DNA of 64,000 bases. Source: Synechococcus sp. (GTDB lineage: Bacteria; Cyanobacteriota; Cyanobacteriia; PCC-6307; Cyanobiaceae). How positions within the stretch are numbered: position 1 is the stretch's first letter; each line of letters opens with the position of its first letter. The notes beneath the pieces were generated by a model that was not told where the DNA came from, did not search any database, and was given only the letters and a program-made list of their open reading frames with translations. The stretch covers positions 224,136-288,135 of the forward strand of contig JBJBDC010000001.1 in the NCBI GenBank assembly GCA_047285535.1, read 5' to 3'. Positions 35,161 through 44,714 of this stretch are shown here, piece after piece. The position numbers and the translations under genes were made by a program.

Positions 35161-36557
35161 GGCTTTGCACCCTAATGTTTGTCATGATTCTGATCTTGAA
35201 TGATCTTAAAGTCCAATGAGGTGAGGCAAGGCTGTGATCTAACGCATCACCTTAGGGGGTTTAAGCATGAGACCTAGAAAGTCAAACTTATCCAGTGGTT
35301 GATGCAAAACATTAAGTCCCTGTAGGATCATTTGGCCAATAGAATCGGTGATGGGATCAGGGTGTGTCTTTAGAGGCAGAGTCTTGTCTTGTGGGCAATG
35401 ATCGATTGATCCAGCCTTTCCTGTGAACTCCTTTGATGTTGCAGCGATTCACTGAACTCTAAGTCCTTGTCTATTGAATAGGGTTACAGGACAGGGTGGA
35501 GTCTTAATCTGCAGTCATCAAGGCTGTTGCTCTAGAACTAAATTCACACAGTCGGTCAGTCACGCTTTTGAATTCTTCAAGCTCCAGCTTGAAATGGTCT
35601 TGATCATCCTTTCTCGTCTGGAAGCCCTTTAGGTTGTTCTTTCCATAACCCTTTCGGCTGGATGTCCAGAAGATCTTCACTCTGTGCCTCTAGCGTCTGT
35701 GCTTACAAGGGTCATGACAACCGAGCATCTGACCCTAGGGAATTGATGATTTATACCACAGTTATCGGAGAAGTCCTCCTTATCGGCTCCTTTGCAACCC
35801 CAAGTATGGCCTAGATCTTCTTGGACAAATGCACGCTGATCAGGGATGAAACCAATAACGTTAAAACTTTCTCCTGCAACTTCCATCAGACTTTTGGCAA
35901 TGTCCAGGTCTGAAGAACAATTGGGAGATCTTTTTTCTTGCAAAGAATCAAGGAGCTGAATTGATCCGTGTCAACAATGTAGGCTGCATCACTTTCACTA
36001 AAACTGGCCAATATAACCTGGTCGTTGATCATTGATCAACCAAGAGTGTTTCGCATCACGATCAGCAAAGCAGGACTGTGCCTTTGAGTTCGGACAGCAT
36101 TCGCTCTGGTCAGTGAACAATGATTTCCTGCATCTATTCCTTGCACAGCAAATGGAAGTGAGTCATTGAAGGTAACGGTTCCGAAGCCATGCCAAGCATC
36201 TCTTTGTATGTGGATGTGAAACACCTCAAGTGTGTTGTCTCTGATGCTGAGGAAGGCAAGACGTATCAGCGAGAGAGAAGCAAGAGCTGAATCGTTTCGC
36301 TTGTCGCTGGAGCTATACCTTGAACGGAATTTTTTGGGTTGTCATGTTTAGATTAAAAGTATTCTTGCAGTTAGTGATCATCAGTGCCGATCCAGAGGTG
36401 TCTGAAGTGGCTTGGACGACTTAGGATACAACCGGGAATCAGTTGATTTCCCTGTGCTGGAATTGAACAAACAGTGAGCCGATGTACACATCAGTTAGAT
36501 CAAACATAGGTGATACCTTTGCATCTCACATATCCCTTCAGGATGGATACATGGAGT

Positions 36558-36577
36558 GCCGAATTCGTCGGCTTTTT
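36558..36577 (+). terminator. rho-independent terminator on the + strand
   Basis: GCCGA-ATTCG-TCGGC followed by TTTTT. Confidence 0.55.
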
Positions 36578-36630
36578 GAATAACTCTAGAATCAAACATG
36601 TGAAAGATTGATTGGTTGATATAGCTTCCT

Positions 36631-36861
36631 TCAGTTTATTATTTGGTTTAAAATATCACGGATCAAGTCCTGCTCAATCTCAATTTCTTCTTTGCTCATG
36701 AAGCCATCTTTTGTTCTGGCACCCTCTAGATTAGCCATTCTTTTTATGCAAAATTTTACGAGCTCTGGCGATTGTTTTGTCAAGCTTGTCAGTAAATTGA
36801 ACATGACTTGTCTTTCAAGTCGTTGCCTCTTTTCGTAATTTGTCTCTCCAAATAAACCCAT
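36631..36861 (-). CDS. small hypothetical protein
   Basis: 76 aa ATG ORF, helical and charged. Confidence 0.6.
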   Translation of the reverse strand: MGLFGETNYEKRQRLERQVMFNLLTSLTKQSPELVKFCIKRMANLEGARTKDGFMSKEEIEIEQDLIRDILNQIIN

Positions 36862-36873
36862 AGTCTTAAATGG

Positions 36874-37026
36874 TTAGCTGTTGTCTTTGGCCTTATAAGT
36901 TTTGCTCGCCTCGTGGATGTAATAAATGGCATCCTTTCTTGATGTCGTTTGTTCGGCGAGTTCAATTAGTTCTTCGTAGGAGACTGATTTTCCGTTGTAA
37001 TTGATTTTAGTCGTTGGTTTCATCAT
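36874..37026 (-). CDS. small hypothetical protein (50 aa, below the ORF-track cutoff)
   Basis: MMKPTTKINYNGKSVSYEELIELAEQTTSRKDAIYYIHEASKTYKAKDNS; ends 12 nt upstream of the next co-oriented ORF. Confidence 0.6.
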   Translation of the reverse strand: MMKPTTKINYNGKSVSYEELIELAEQTTSRKDAIYYIHEASKTYKAKDNS

Positions 37027-37658
37027 GGTTTCATCTGTTCTCGTCAAGAACCAGCATCAGAGTGAAGGGAGGTGGTGGCTGTGTCGCAAGACAAACCAAT
37101 ATTGCGAAGACCTTTAGCATGTTCTTGTGGTTGAGGTTTTAATATGAATTATTTTAAGATGATTATTGTGTTGTGGTGAATGCTACATGCTCCTTTTGTA
37201 GCTTCAGCTACGAATTAGGGATTTTTTTGTTTCCCAATGGATTAAGTTGTGACTCCTCAGTTGTTTTGTTGCCGTTAAACCTTGTCTCTTTGTCTCTGTG
37301 CGTCATTGATTCCCGATATTCTCGCTGGCTCTTCGGCCCTTTTCATGGGCTTCTGAGCATAATTTTTTGCTTTTAGATTAACCCTTCCCTCGGCCTACAC
37401 TCATGATCTCGAAACTCAATGATTTTGTTTTGCTCATCTATGGCCTAAAGGGTCTGGTTGTTTTTGATTGATCTATTAAATTCTCTATTGCGCTCTCGTG
37501 ATAAAACGAAGTCCTGATATAGAAACACCTTCTCCGCCTTATGAGGACTGGGACAATGGTTGAGTTGGAGTGAACGAGTCATATTCCTCCATATCCCAGT
37601 GATTATGCTAAATCATTCGTTCTAATGCACCTATGTGTGGCCTTGTGCATTGGACAAA

Positions 37659-37856
37659 ATGAGTCCCAAAACTCAGCTTCCCATCAATTCTCTGGCAGTC
37701 GCACTCTTGGCAATGGCTGTGATTTTTCTAGCGATTAAGGAGCCGCGTTGCGATTGCAACAGTGGTTCAGCATCAGCGGGAACTCCAACTCCACAGCAAC
37801 CCTCTCCACCCGTGAGGTCGAGAACTCAGATCCAACGGGAATTAGGGAAGTTTTGA
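37659..37856 (+). CDS. small single-TM/secreted protein with CxC and Pro-rich tail
   Basis: MSPKTQLPINSLAVALLAMAVIFLAIKEPRCDC... Confidence 0.6.
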   Translation: MSPKTQLPINSLAVALLAMAVIFLAIKEPRCDCNSGSASAGTPTPQQPSPPVRSRTQIQRELGKF

Positions 37857-37956
37857 TCTCACGTCAAAAGTTCCTGCTAGTGCGAGGAATGTCTTAATCA
37901 GTTTCGGTGAGCTGAAGGAGCTTTCAGGTCGACCAAGCAGAGTCTTGATCAGACAT

Positions 37957-37972
37957 GGTGACGGTCGTCACA
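37957..37972. promoter_or_regulatory. possible CRP-type box (1 mismatch)
   Basis: GGTGA-CGGTCG-TCACA in intergenic DNA; target gene unclear. Confidence 0.3.
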
Positions 37973-38119
37973 CTGTTCATGCCACAGCTCAGGTTGAATT
38001 TCTCGCACCTGTTGACAAGCCAATCAATATAAACATAAAACAACAAATCAAGCTTAACAACGGTTGCGCACCACAGCAAGCACAAAATTCAATGTTGAAC
38101 AAGAGAATATTAAAAAGTT

Positions 38120-38220
38120 AATTTAAAGGTAAATGCTTAATCGCACGAACCATCTTCTCTTTTTAGTAACAGGAAACTAAGAGAAGTAGATCTGGAAGTT
38201 ACAGTAATGTCTTTTCCCTT
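38120..38220 (-). pseudogene. decayed tandem copy of the adjacent signal-peptide gene
   Basis: EKTLL*LPDLLLLVSCY* aligns with KKTLLLLPVLLLLAPCS; shared DNA AAAAGACATTACT..CTTCC. Confidence 0.5.
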
Positions 38221-38244
38221 CCCATTAAAGCCTTGAGTTGTAGA

Positions 38245-38391
38245 TTAGCAGTAATATCGATTGATAAAGTGTATCTCGGGTAAGTCAAGAGAACCGCTAT
38301 GGTGATGACTATCGTCACCATGGCCTTTCGCCAAGCTCGAACAAGGTGCCAACAGCAATAGAACAGGAAGGAGAAGTAATGTCTTTTTCAT
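38245..38391 (-). CDS. 48 aa secreted or lipoprotein His-rich peptide
   Basis: MKKTLLLLPVLLLLAPCSSLA signal followed by KGHGDDSHHHSGSLDLPEIHFINRYYC. Confidence 0.55.
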   Translation of the reverse strand: MKKTLLLLPVLLLLAPCSSLAKGHGDDSHHHSGSLDLPEIHFINRYYC

Positions 38392-38431
38392 GGCAGAAGT
38401 AATGTGCTTTTCTTGGCAGAACCATACCGTC

Positions 38432-38626
38432 TTATACATGGGAAGCAAGGGATGTGGAGAAACGATGACAACTTGGGCGAGTGACTAGGTGCGTCTCCTG
38501 ACACGCTTCTAATGCTTGCCTTGCTGATGGATACCTCCCCCATCCAACCAATACAAATGCAAAGAGTATGGAGAAAAGAATGAATGATTTTCTCAGTTCA
38601 GAACTATACCGTCTTTTATATGACAA
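38432..38626 (-). CDS. small membrane-anchored/secreted protein (possibly degenerate)
   Basis: RKSFILFSILFAFVLVGWG hydrophobic segment then RYPSARQALEAC; start uncertain. Confidence 0.45.
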   Translation of the reverse strand: MSYKRRYSSELRKSFILFSILFAFVLVGWGRYPSARQALEACQETHLVTRPSCHRFSTSLASHV

Positions 38627-38757
38627 GCAATAGACAACGACAACGGATAAGCTGACAACATCAACTCAGATGTTACTTTGTATCTTTCAAGATAAAAGGT
38701 CGCCGCAAAGGCTTCAACTTCAGTAAGGCGGCTCAAGAAAAAAGACCAGAGGTTTAA

Positions 38758-38798
38758 GAGTGAACTCGGAGCGAACTCGCTTCGCTCATTCTTCACTC
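38758..38798 (-). terminator. 3' hairpin after the 60 aa ORF
   Basis: Nested inverted repeats GAGTGAA/TTCACTC and GAGCGAA/TTCGCTC at the stop of 38793..38975. Confidence 0.45.
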
Positions 38799-38975
38799 GT
38801 TCGACCGGCCTATATGGTTATTTGAATTCTGCAAGTTGAGAGCGGTGTCAAGCATCTGTTTTGCAGATGTCAATGGTGTTTGGGGAGCTTTGGCAATGCC
38901 ATTGCGTCGAGCATTAATCTCAGCGTCCTGTTGGTCAGCTTTGCGGTCTAGCTGGCGTTGAGTAAAGTTGTTCAT
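38793..38975 (-). CDS. small hypothetical protein
   Basis: 60 aa ATG ORF with an A/C-rich leader and a 3' hairpin. Confidence 0.6.
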   Translation of the reverse strand: MNNFTQRQLDRKADQQDAEINARRNGIAKAPQTPLTSAKQMLDTALNLQNSNNHIGRSNE

Positions 38976-39223
38976 TGTTGACTAGTTGGTATAGAATTGA
39001 TAACTCAGGTGCTGCCCCTGAAGGTTTCGGATCCACCCTTTCCTACATCTGTCTCTGGATGTTATCGAGTTGGGTCAATGTTTTATTTCTATTGACCATA
39101 GATGAGTTCGTTGAGGTATTGGTAAAAGAATACTCACAAGAGTATTTCCACTGGAATACTAACTTGAACTACTCGTTATTTATTGACAAGAGTGAGTGTC
39201 AAAGTGTGCGTTTGGCACGCTCT

Positions 39224-39388
39224 TCAGTTGACCTTCCGGAAGACATACTCCACGTATCTTTCACAAGCATTTATTACATCTTCATTGGTGAGAACTTCTA
39301 CGTCTAAGACACGTTGAGGCTTAAGAATAATTCCTATACTAATGGTGTCTCTACTCGCGATAATATCGGCGAATACCAGTCCAGACAT
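39224..39388 (-). CDS. possible 54 aa protein
   Basis: MSGLVFADIIASRDTISIGIILKPQRVLDVEVLTNEDVINACERYVEYVFRKVN; below the track cutoff. Confidence 0.3.
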   Translation of the reverse strand: MSGLVFADIIASRDTISIGIILKPQRVLDVEVLTNEDVINACERYVEYVFRKVN

Positions 39389-39503
39389 ACCAAATCGATT
39401 ATCTAGAGAATTAATATCAGGTGTAGCTACAGAAACACCTGTTTGTGTTTTTTGTCTGGAAATAGGCTGCGGCGTAGAGCCATGCTGGCTCAGAACCGTT
39501 CAT

Positions 39504-39704
39504 ATGCCAGCTCAGGTTTTCTACGATGATCGCGAACTCGCTCGAGATGAAGCCCTCCGTTGCAATGCCCCTCTTCAGTGGGGTTGGATCAGGCGTCTCA
39601 GCGCCCGTGAGATCTATGAAATGTCATGTTCAGTCGTGCCGCAAAACGACCTTTCACTCCAAGCCAGAGAATCTCAATGGGTCACTACTTTCGACTCTGA
39701 ATAA
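39504..39704 (+). CDS. small hypothetical protein (66 aa)
   Basis: MPAQVFYDDRELARDEALRC...QWVTTFDSE; internal ATG preferred over the longer ORF. Confidence 0.55.
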   Translation: MPAQVFYDDRELARDEALRCNAPLQWGWIRRLSAREIYEMSCSVVPQNDLSLQARESQWVTTFDSE

Positions 39705-39756
39705 CGCTTTTAGCAACGAGAGAATCGGTAGATATTGAATTTTTTGTGACACAGAT

Positions 39757-39772
39757 TGTGAGTACGATCACA
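39757..39772. promoter_or_regulatory. perfect CRP-type binding site
   Basis: TGTGA-GTACGA-TCACA, about 60-100 nt upstream of the metalloprotease gene. Confidence 0.65.
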
Positions 39773-39829
39773 TCTTAATTTGATTGCCATCAACACAAAA
39801 CATCGGGAATCAAGCCAAGGTGTTTATAG

Positions 39830-41680
39830 GTGGCTATTCACCACTTCTTTCACTCTGTCGCTCTAGAAAAAATGTCAAGATTACCAACTCTCGGGCAATT
39901 GATTTTAATTGACAGTTCGCGCCGGCGCTCCTCCATTGGTGAAATCAAAAAAAGAGATGTTTCTCTTGACATCACATTACCCAAGACAACTCAACAACCA
40001 GACGAGAAAACTGATCAATCGTTCTTTGATTCTAGCCAAAAACTTCAGACTTTTGTTGATTTAACGTTTACTTCTCCCACCTCTTCTAGCGCGTTTCCTC
40101 GATTGGAGATACAAGTCACTTCAGGAGATGGGTCTAGTGGAGCAGCTCATGGTTCAAATGTACCTGGTGAGGTGACAGCAGATGCCGATGAATCTTGGCA
40201 AGGCCCAGGGATAGACACTGTAAAAACGATATTTGAAGTTGCCGCCAAGATATTGCCTCCCAATGCTCAAATGTTTAAGTCCGATATAACCATTAAGTAT
40301 AATTTGACAGGAGGATTTTCGCATTGGAGTCATAATCCTGATGGTGCGCTGCAAATCCAGCATGATTTTGATGGCCTTAATGTCACGTCTCAAGTGCAGA
40401 AAGTAAGAGACGTCTTCAACTATCTTTCAAATGCTCTCAATATCAGCTTTGTTGAGGATAATAAATTCACCGACTTTGCGGATCTCGGCGATAGTAGTGT
40501 AAGTACATTCTCTCAATATAATGGATATATAAGTTTCGGTGACATCAGTCCTTACAGCTTTGCTTCAGTTAAGCATAGTAGTATTCAGGATTCTCGGTAT
40601 TCTATTATCAATCTTGGGGATGGTTCGTTGAACAATGATTTCAATACAATATTGCACGAGATTGGGCATGTAATAGGGCTTAGACATCCTGGCTCGTATA
40701 ATTACAATCCTAACGGTACAAGTATAACTTTTGAAGGCATGGCTGAATTTTATAATGATACTGATTTGCTGTCCGTGATGTCTTACTTTACTCCGAATAA
40801 TATGAGCTCTGTGCTTACTGACTATGAAAATCCGAATATTTTTGGGTCTCATATGAACCAAGCAACTTTGATGCCAGCTGACTACATTGCATTAAGAGCC
40901 AGGTATGGAGTTCAGCAGAATAGTATTGCTCATGGAGGCTTTAATGAGCAAAAGATCATCGGTGTTAATACTACGATCACACCTGAAGATTCTATTTGGA
41001 ACCAGGTCGAATCCTACATCACTGAAAATAGATATTTTTACACTCAAGTCGCGAATCACAATGAGGATACTGTTGATTTTAGTAATACGACTGAAGACCA
41101 AAAAATTGATCTTCGCGTCACTTCTGGTGATGATTACGATGCTTTTTGGTCGAACATTGGAGGTGGTGAAAAAAATCTTGCTTTTTCCGAAGTTTCGTGG
41201 TTCGAAATCGCCAAGTCGGGCGGTGGTGATGACATATTGATCGGCAACGAAGCCAATAATGCCTTATTTGGAAACGATGGAGACGATCATCTCACCGGCT
41301 GGGATGGCGATGATGATCTTGTAGGAGGTTGGGGAGATGATGAACTCTTTGGTGGCTTTGGCAATGATTTGTTGATCGCTGGTGAAGGGGATGATTTTTT
41401 GCACGACTCAACAGGAATCAATGAAATGTATGGTGGCTTGGGTAAGGATACCTTTTACTTGAAGCAAGGTTTAGGACATAACACTATTCACGATTTCAGT
41501 GGCATGGATGATCAAATTCAGCTTGGTGATGGAGCTGACGGTGTTTCAATTATCAATCATTTGGATGGCAGTTCACAAATTTACCAAAATGGAGATCTCT
41601 TGGGAATCGTTAATGGAAAATCTGCCGACACACTAGAAGTGAGTGGGACCTTTATTGTCGGAGTCAATGCTTATATGTGA
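39830..41680 (+). CDS. serralysin-like M10 zinc metalloprotease with RTX Ca-binding repeats
   Basis: HEIGHVIGLRH, Met-turn SVMSY, DYIAL...YG, repeated GGxGDD nonapeptides; start GTG 39830 or ATG 39872. Confidence 0.9.
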   Translation: MAIHHFFHSVALEKMSRLPTLGQLILIDSSRRRSSIGEIKKRDVSLDITLPKTTQQPDEKTDQSFFDSSQKLQTFVDLTFTSPTSSSAFPRLEIQVTSGDGSSGAAHGSNVPGEVTADADESWQGPGIDTVKTIFEVAAKILPPNAQMFKSDITIKYNLTGGFSHWSHNPDGALQIQHDFDGLNVTSQVQKVRDVFNYLSNALNISFVEDNKFTDFADLGDSSVSTFSQYNGYISFGDISPYSFASVKHSSIQDSRYSIINLGDGSLNNDFNTILHEIGHVIGLRHPGSYNYNPNGTSITFEGMAEFYNDTDLLSVMSYFTPNNMSSVLTDYENPNIFGSHMNQATLMPADYIALRARYGVQQNSIAHGGFNEQKIIGVNTTITPEDSIWNQVESYITENRYFYTQVANHNEDTVDFSNTTEDQKIDLRVTSGDDYDAFWSNIGGGEKNLAFSEVSWFEIAKSGGGDDILIGNEANNALFGNDGDDHLTGWDGDDDLVGGWGDDELFGGFGNDLLIAGEGDDFLHDSTGINEMYGGLGKDTFYLKQGLGHNTIHDFSGMDDQIQLGDGADGVSIINHLDGSSQIYQNGDLLGIVNGKSADTLEVSGTFIVGVNAYM

Positions 41681-42610
41681 GCTCGCTGCAGATTTTGCAT
41701 GAATTGTAGTTGAGTTTTATGGGGCATCTTGTGATCTTTTTTCTATTGGCTAGAGAGTGTCAGCAGTTTTGAAGTCTTTGAACCCTGGTGTTTGCAACCT
41801 CAGATATCCGCAACCTCAGCGGCTTGAGACTCGAATCAAGCTGGCCACAAGCTATGACGCGTTGGAGATTTTCAATGGAATGCTATGTGATATCCATGGA
41901 CAATGTTAATCGGATCTATAAGGTTCAGATCCACTAAAACTTGTTGTCATTGTTGGAAGAATGTTTACTGTGCTGCTATCGCAGATATCAATCGTAAGGA
42001 GTGTACTAATCGCAGTGTTCCCCCAAGTCAGGCCTCCATGCTGGTTAGGTAAGCTGCTTACAGAGTGCAGTTCTGAGGAAAATTTCTTTACTGCTCTTGA
42101 TGTATTTCCCCTCAGGACTAGAGGTGGCAGCACGCGCGAGTGAGGACAATCCAGACGATTCCGAGATGTTCCCCTAGGAGTTTGATTGGCTCAGAAATCG
42201 CCGTTGTAGTGACGGCTCACCTGCAGGCTCGTCCCTTTGCTCTGACTGCTGTTTGCTAAAGAAATATGTTCTGGATGCCTTGGTGGAAGCCCAATCAATT
42301 CAGCGGCAGTTAACGGTCTCAGATGGATAGGAGACAACCTCTTCCCACAGCTAATTTGAGAACCTGTTCACGACTGATCGCATGTCTCTGACTTGGCGCG
42401 AAGTCTACGCCAGCCACTCTGCAATTGGTATCCCACGACCTGTGCGCTTCCTTAATGATGCATCATGAGATGATTGTGGGACATGAATAGTTGGGTTTGA
42501 ATTTATAGTTTTGAGATAGTTGTTTACGATTCTCTTCCTGATGGATGAACACGTTGTTCTTTGATTGATATTGATCAAGCTATCATTGCTCTGACTTGCA
42601 TGATTGATTC

Positions 42611-43189
42611 ATGGCTAAAGACTCAGTTCCGGAATCGAAGGTTTCTGACAATTCAGAAAACGCCAATAGGGACTATTTCGAGACTGCATTGTCTCTGCTT
42701 GAATTAGAAAGACAGCAGTATGAATCTGATAAAAAGACTACCTTGGAGTGGATAGCTGATTATGGTTCACGTATTCAGAAGATCGAGAACCAGTTGAGGC
42801 TACGTGATACAGATATCGGATTAATGACTAGCGATCAAAAAAAAGAAATTAAAGGATTGGAGAAAGCAAGGACAAAGCTTTTTGCTAAAAACGAAAGGCT
42901 TTCAAGCCAGTTGGAAACGTGTTTGGAAAGAGAGATTTACCTTCGTTCTATTATGACCTCAGCATCGAAGGGAAGAGAATCCCTGAATTTGTCAAGGTTT
43001 TCGTTGTTCATAGCCTTTAGTGCTCTTGTAGTAAGTATTTATAGCGGTCATCGCTTCATGAAAGTTGAAGATAATACTCCGCAGCAGCGCTTACCTGCCT
43101 TGAAATCTTCTCCCTCCAATTCCGGTCATACAGAGAAAGAAAGCCCCTTTCCATTGAATTTGAAAGACTTAAATCAAAGAATACCTTAG
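42611..43189 (+). CDS. coiled-coil protein with a C-proximal TM helix
   Basis: Long charged heptad region then FSLFIAFSALVVSIY. Confidence 0.7.
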   Translation: MAKDSVPESKVSDNSENANRDYFETALSLLELERQQYESDKKTTLEWIADYGSRIQKIENQLRLRDTDIGLMTSDQKKEIKGLEKARTKLFAKNERLSSQLETCLEREIYLRSIMTSASKGRESLNLSRFSLFIAFSALVVSIYSGHRFMKVEDNTPQQRLPALKSSPSNSGHTEKESPFPLNLKDLNQRIP

Positions 43190-43994
43190 CTTTGAAGTGT
43201 GCTAATTTTAATTGTTTTAGCTATTTAAGGCTTATTCATCCAGTTCATTATTGAATTAATACTGTGAGTGATCTGAATACTACTGTCATCCTCTAGCTGC
43301 CAGTCTCCCCCTAGGAGAGGTCCCTTACACTCCTTCCAGGCAGCTAGAAGGAGTGGTGAAGTCTTTGTTGAAAACCTGAACCTAATTGTCGATTGAAGTG
43401 AAGCGTCTGTCTGAGTTTAGTCTGACAAAATTCAATGCATTTCCAGTGGATGCAGGGCTGGAGCATGAAGAGATCAACTGTTAGATCTCGAGAACGATTC
43501 CAGGTGGCTATCACGTTTACTGAGAGGTGTCTTTGCGAGGCGGTTATCCTCGGATTGAGTTGCAAAGTAGACTGCGTGCCTGCCCAGCGAATAAATCTCC
43601 GTTGAGTGCCACCCCAGCTACAGCGCTTGAATGTCTGTTGCGATCCCCGAGGTATGGGTAGATCGTGCACTATTCGATTAGGATTAATCAATCACTAGAT
43701 GGCTCATCTCTTGCTCCTCTAGTCGATTCTCACACCCCTACTTTCGTTCTACATTACATGCTGATTCTATTGGGGCGAATAGGGCCAGATTTTGTGGTTT
43801 TCCTATAACCGCAGGGCCCATGATTAAGAGAGGCTTATCTTTACAAATAGTTGTAATCTCTACATTGTATTTGATTGATGGGTCAAGGGATGAATTGTCT
43901 TTTATGCATCATCAGCGTCAGTAGGGCGATTTTTTATTGAATAAAAATACGACGGCAATCAATGGCCTTGGTTTTGGCTGTTTGAAGAGAGTCG

Positions 43995-44714
43995 TTATGA
44001 TAAGCTCCTGTGATACCGTCCAAGAATTAGGGCAATGAGCAAGGCTATATAGAGCTGACCTACTAGTGAGATCACAACTTCAGATACTCTGCCCACAAGA
44101 TCTGTTGTGACAATATTTGTACCCACTGTAGATAGCATCGCAAATGATGATGCCATTAATGCAGGAGCAAAATATAGGCTCGGATTGGAATGGTTGAGTG
44201 CTGATTGCATCGTCTCGACATCGAAGACATTTGGATGCAAGACCCAAATGGAATTTAATAAAATCCCTCCGCCGACTCCAATCAGAAGATAGCCTGCAAC
44301 AGCACCCATCACGACCCGAGCGGTCACGAGAGGTTCTTGACTGAGTACGCGAATAAAGCGAATTTCAGTCAATCCAATAAAGATCAACCATAAAATAAGA
44401 CGCACTGGTGCAGACCATTTAGTTATTGGCATTCCTTCTACTAAGAAGCTTAGATTCCAAAGAACCTCAACAAATACGACACTAAATCCCAGCCAATATA
44501 GAATTTTGCGATCCATTCCTCGCAATAATGAATAGGGGGCAACACCTATGATCACGACTAAGGCCAAAACAACTAATTCGATTGATAGGAGGGTCGGGAA
44601 AAATAAACTCAGTGGTAATGTTGCAATCAGAAAGGCCTCGATCATTAGCAATCGTGTATATCCACGATGCCTATGGTGCATATGCTCGCTCTCTTGTTTT
44701 GTCAGTCTTTTCAT
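43995..44714 (-). CDS. potassium channel-family (Ion_trans_2-like) membrane protein with a degenerate filter
   Basis: Multi-TM; GAVAGYLLIG, SFAMLSTVG, GQLYIALLIALILGRY. Confidence 0.75.
   Translation of the reverse strand: MKRLTKQESEHMHHRHRGYTRLLMIEAFLIATLPLSLFFPTLLSIELVVLALVVIIGVAPYSLLRGMDRKILYWLGFSVVFVEVLWNLSFLVEGMPITKWSAPVRLILWLIFIGLTEIRFIRVLSQEPLVTARVVMGAVAGYLLIGVGGGILLNSIWVLHPNVFDVETMQSALNHSNPSLYFAPALMASSFAMLSTVGTNIVTTDLVGRVSEVVISLVGQLYIALLIALILGRYHRSLS

Noticed and set aside
35559..36032. Frameshifted ORF fragments on the minus strand
   Set aside because: Probably a pseudogene, but no family could be assigned
37172..37187. NtcA-like site TGTG-N8-TACA
   Set aside because: One mismatch and no -10 hexamer at the expected spacing
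38995..39060. Hammerhead-like pattern on the minus strand (CAGATGTA..GGA/TCC..GAAAC)
   Set aside because: Core deviates from CUGANGA and stem I cannot form
41780..42480. Short ORFs downstream of the protease as an inhibitor or immunity gene
   Set aside because: Fragmented frames with no signal peptide or recognisable motif
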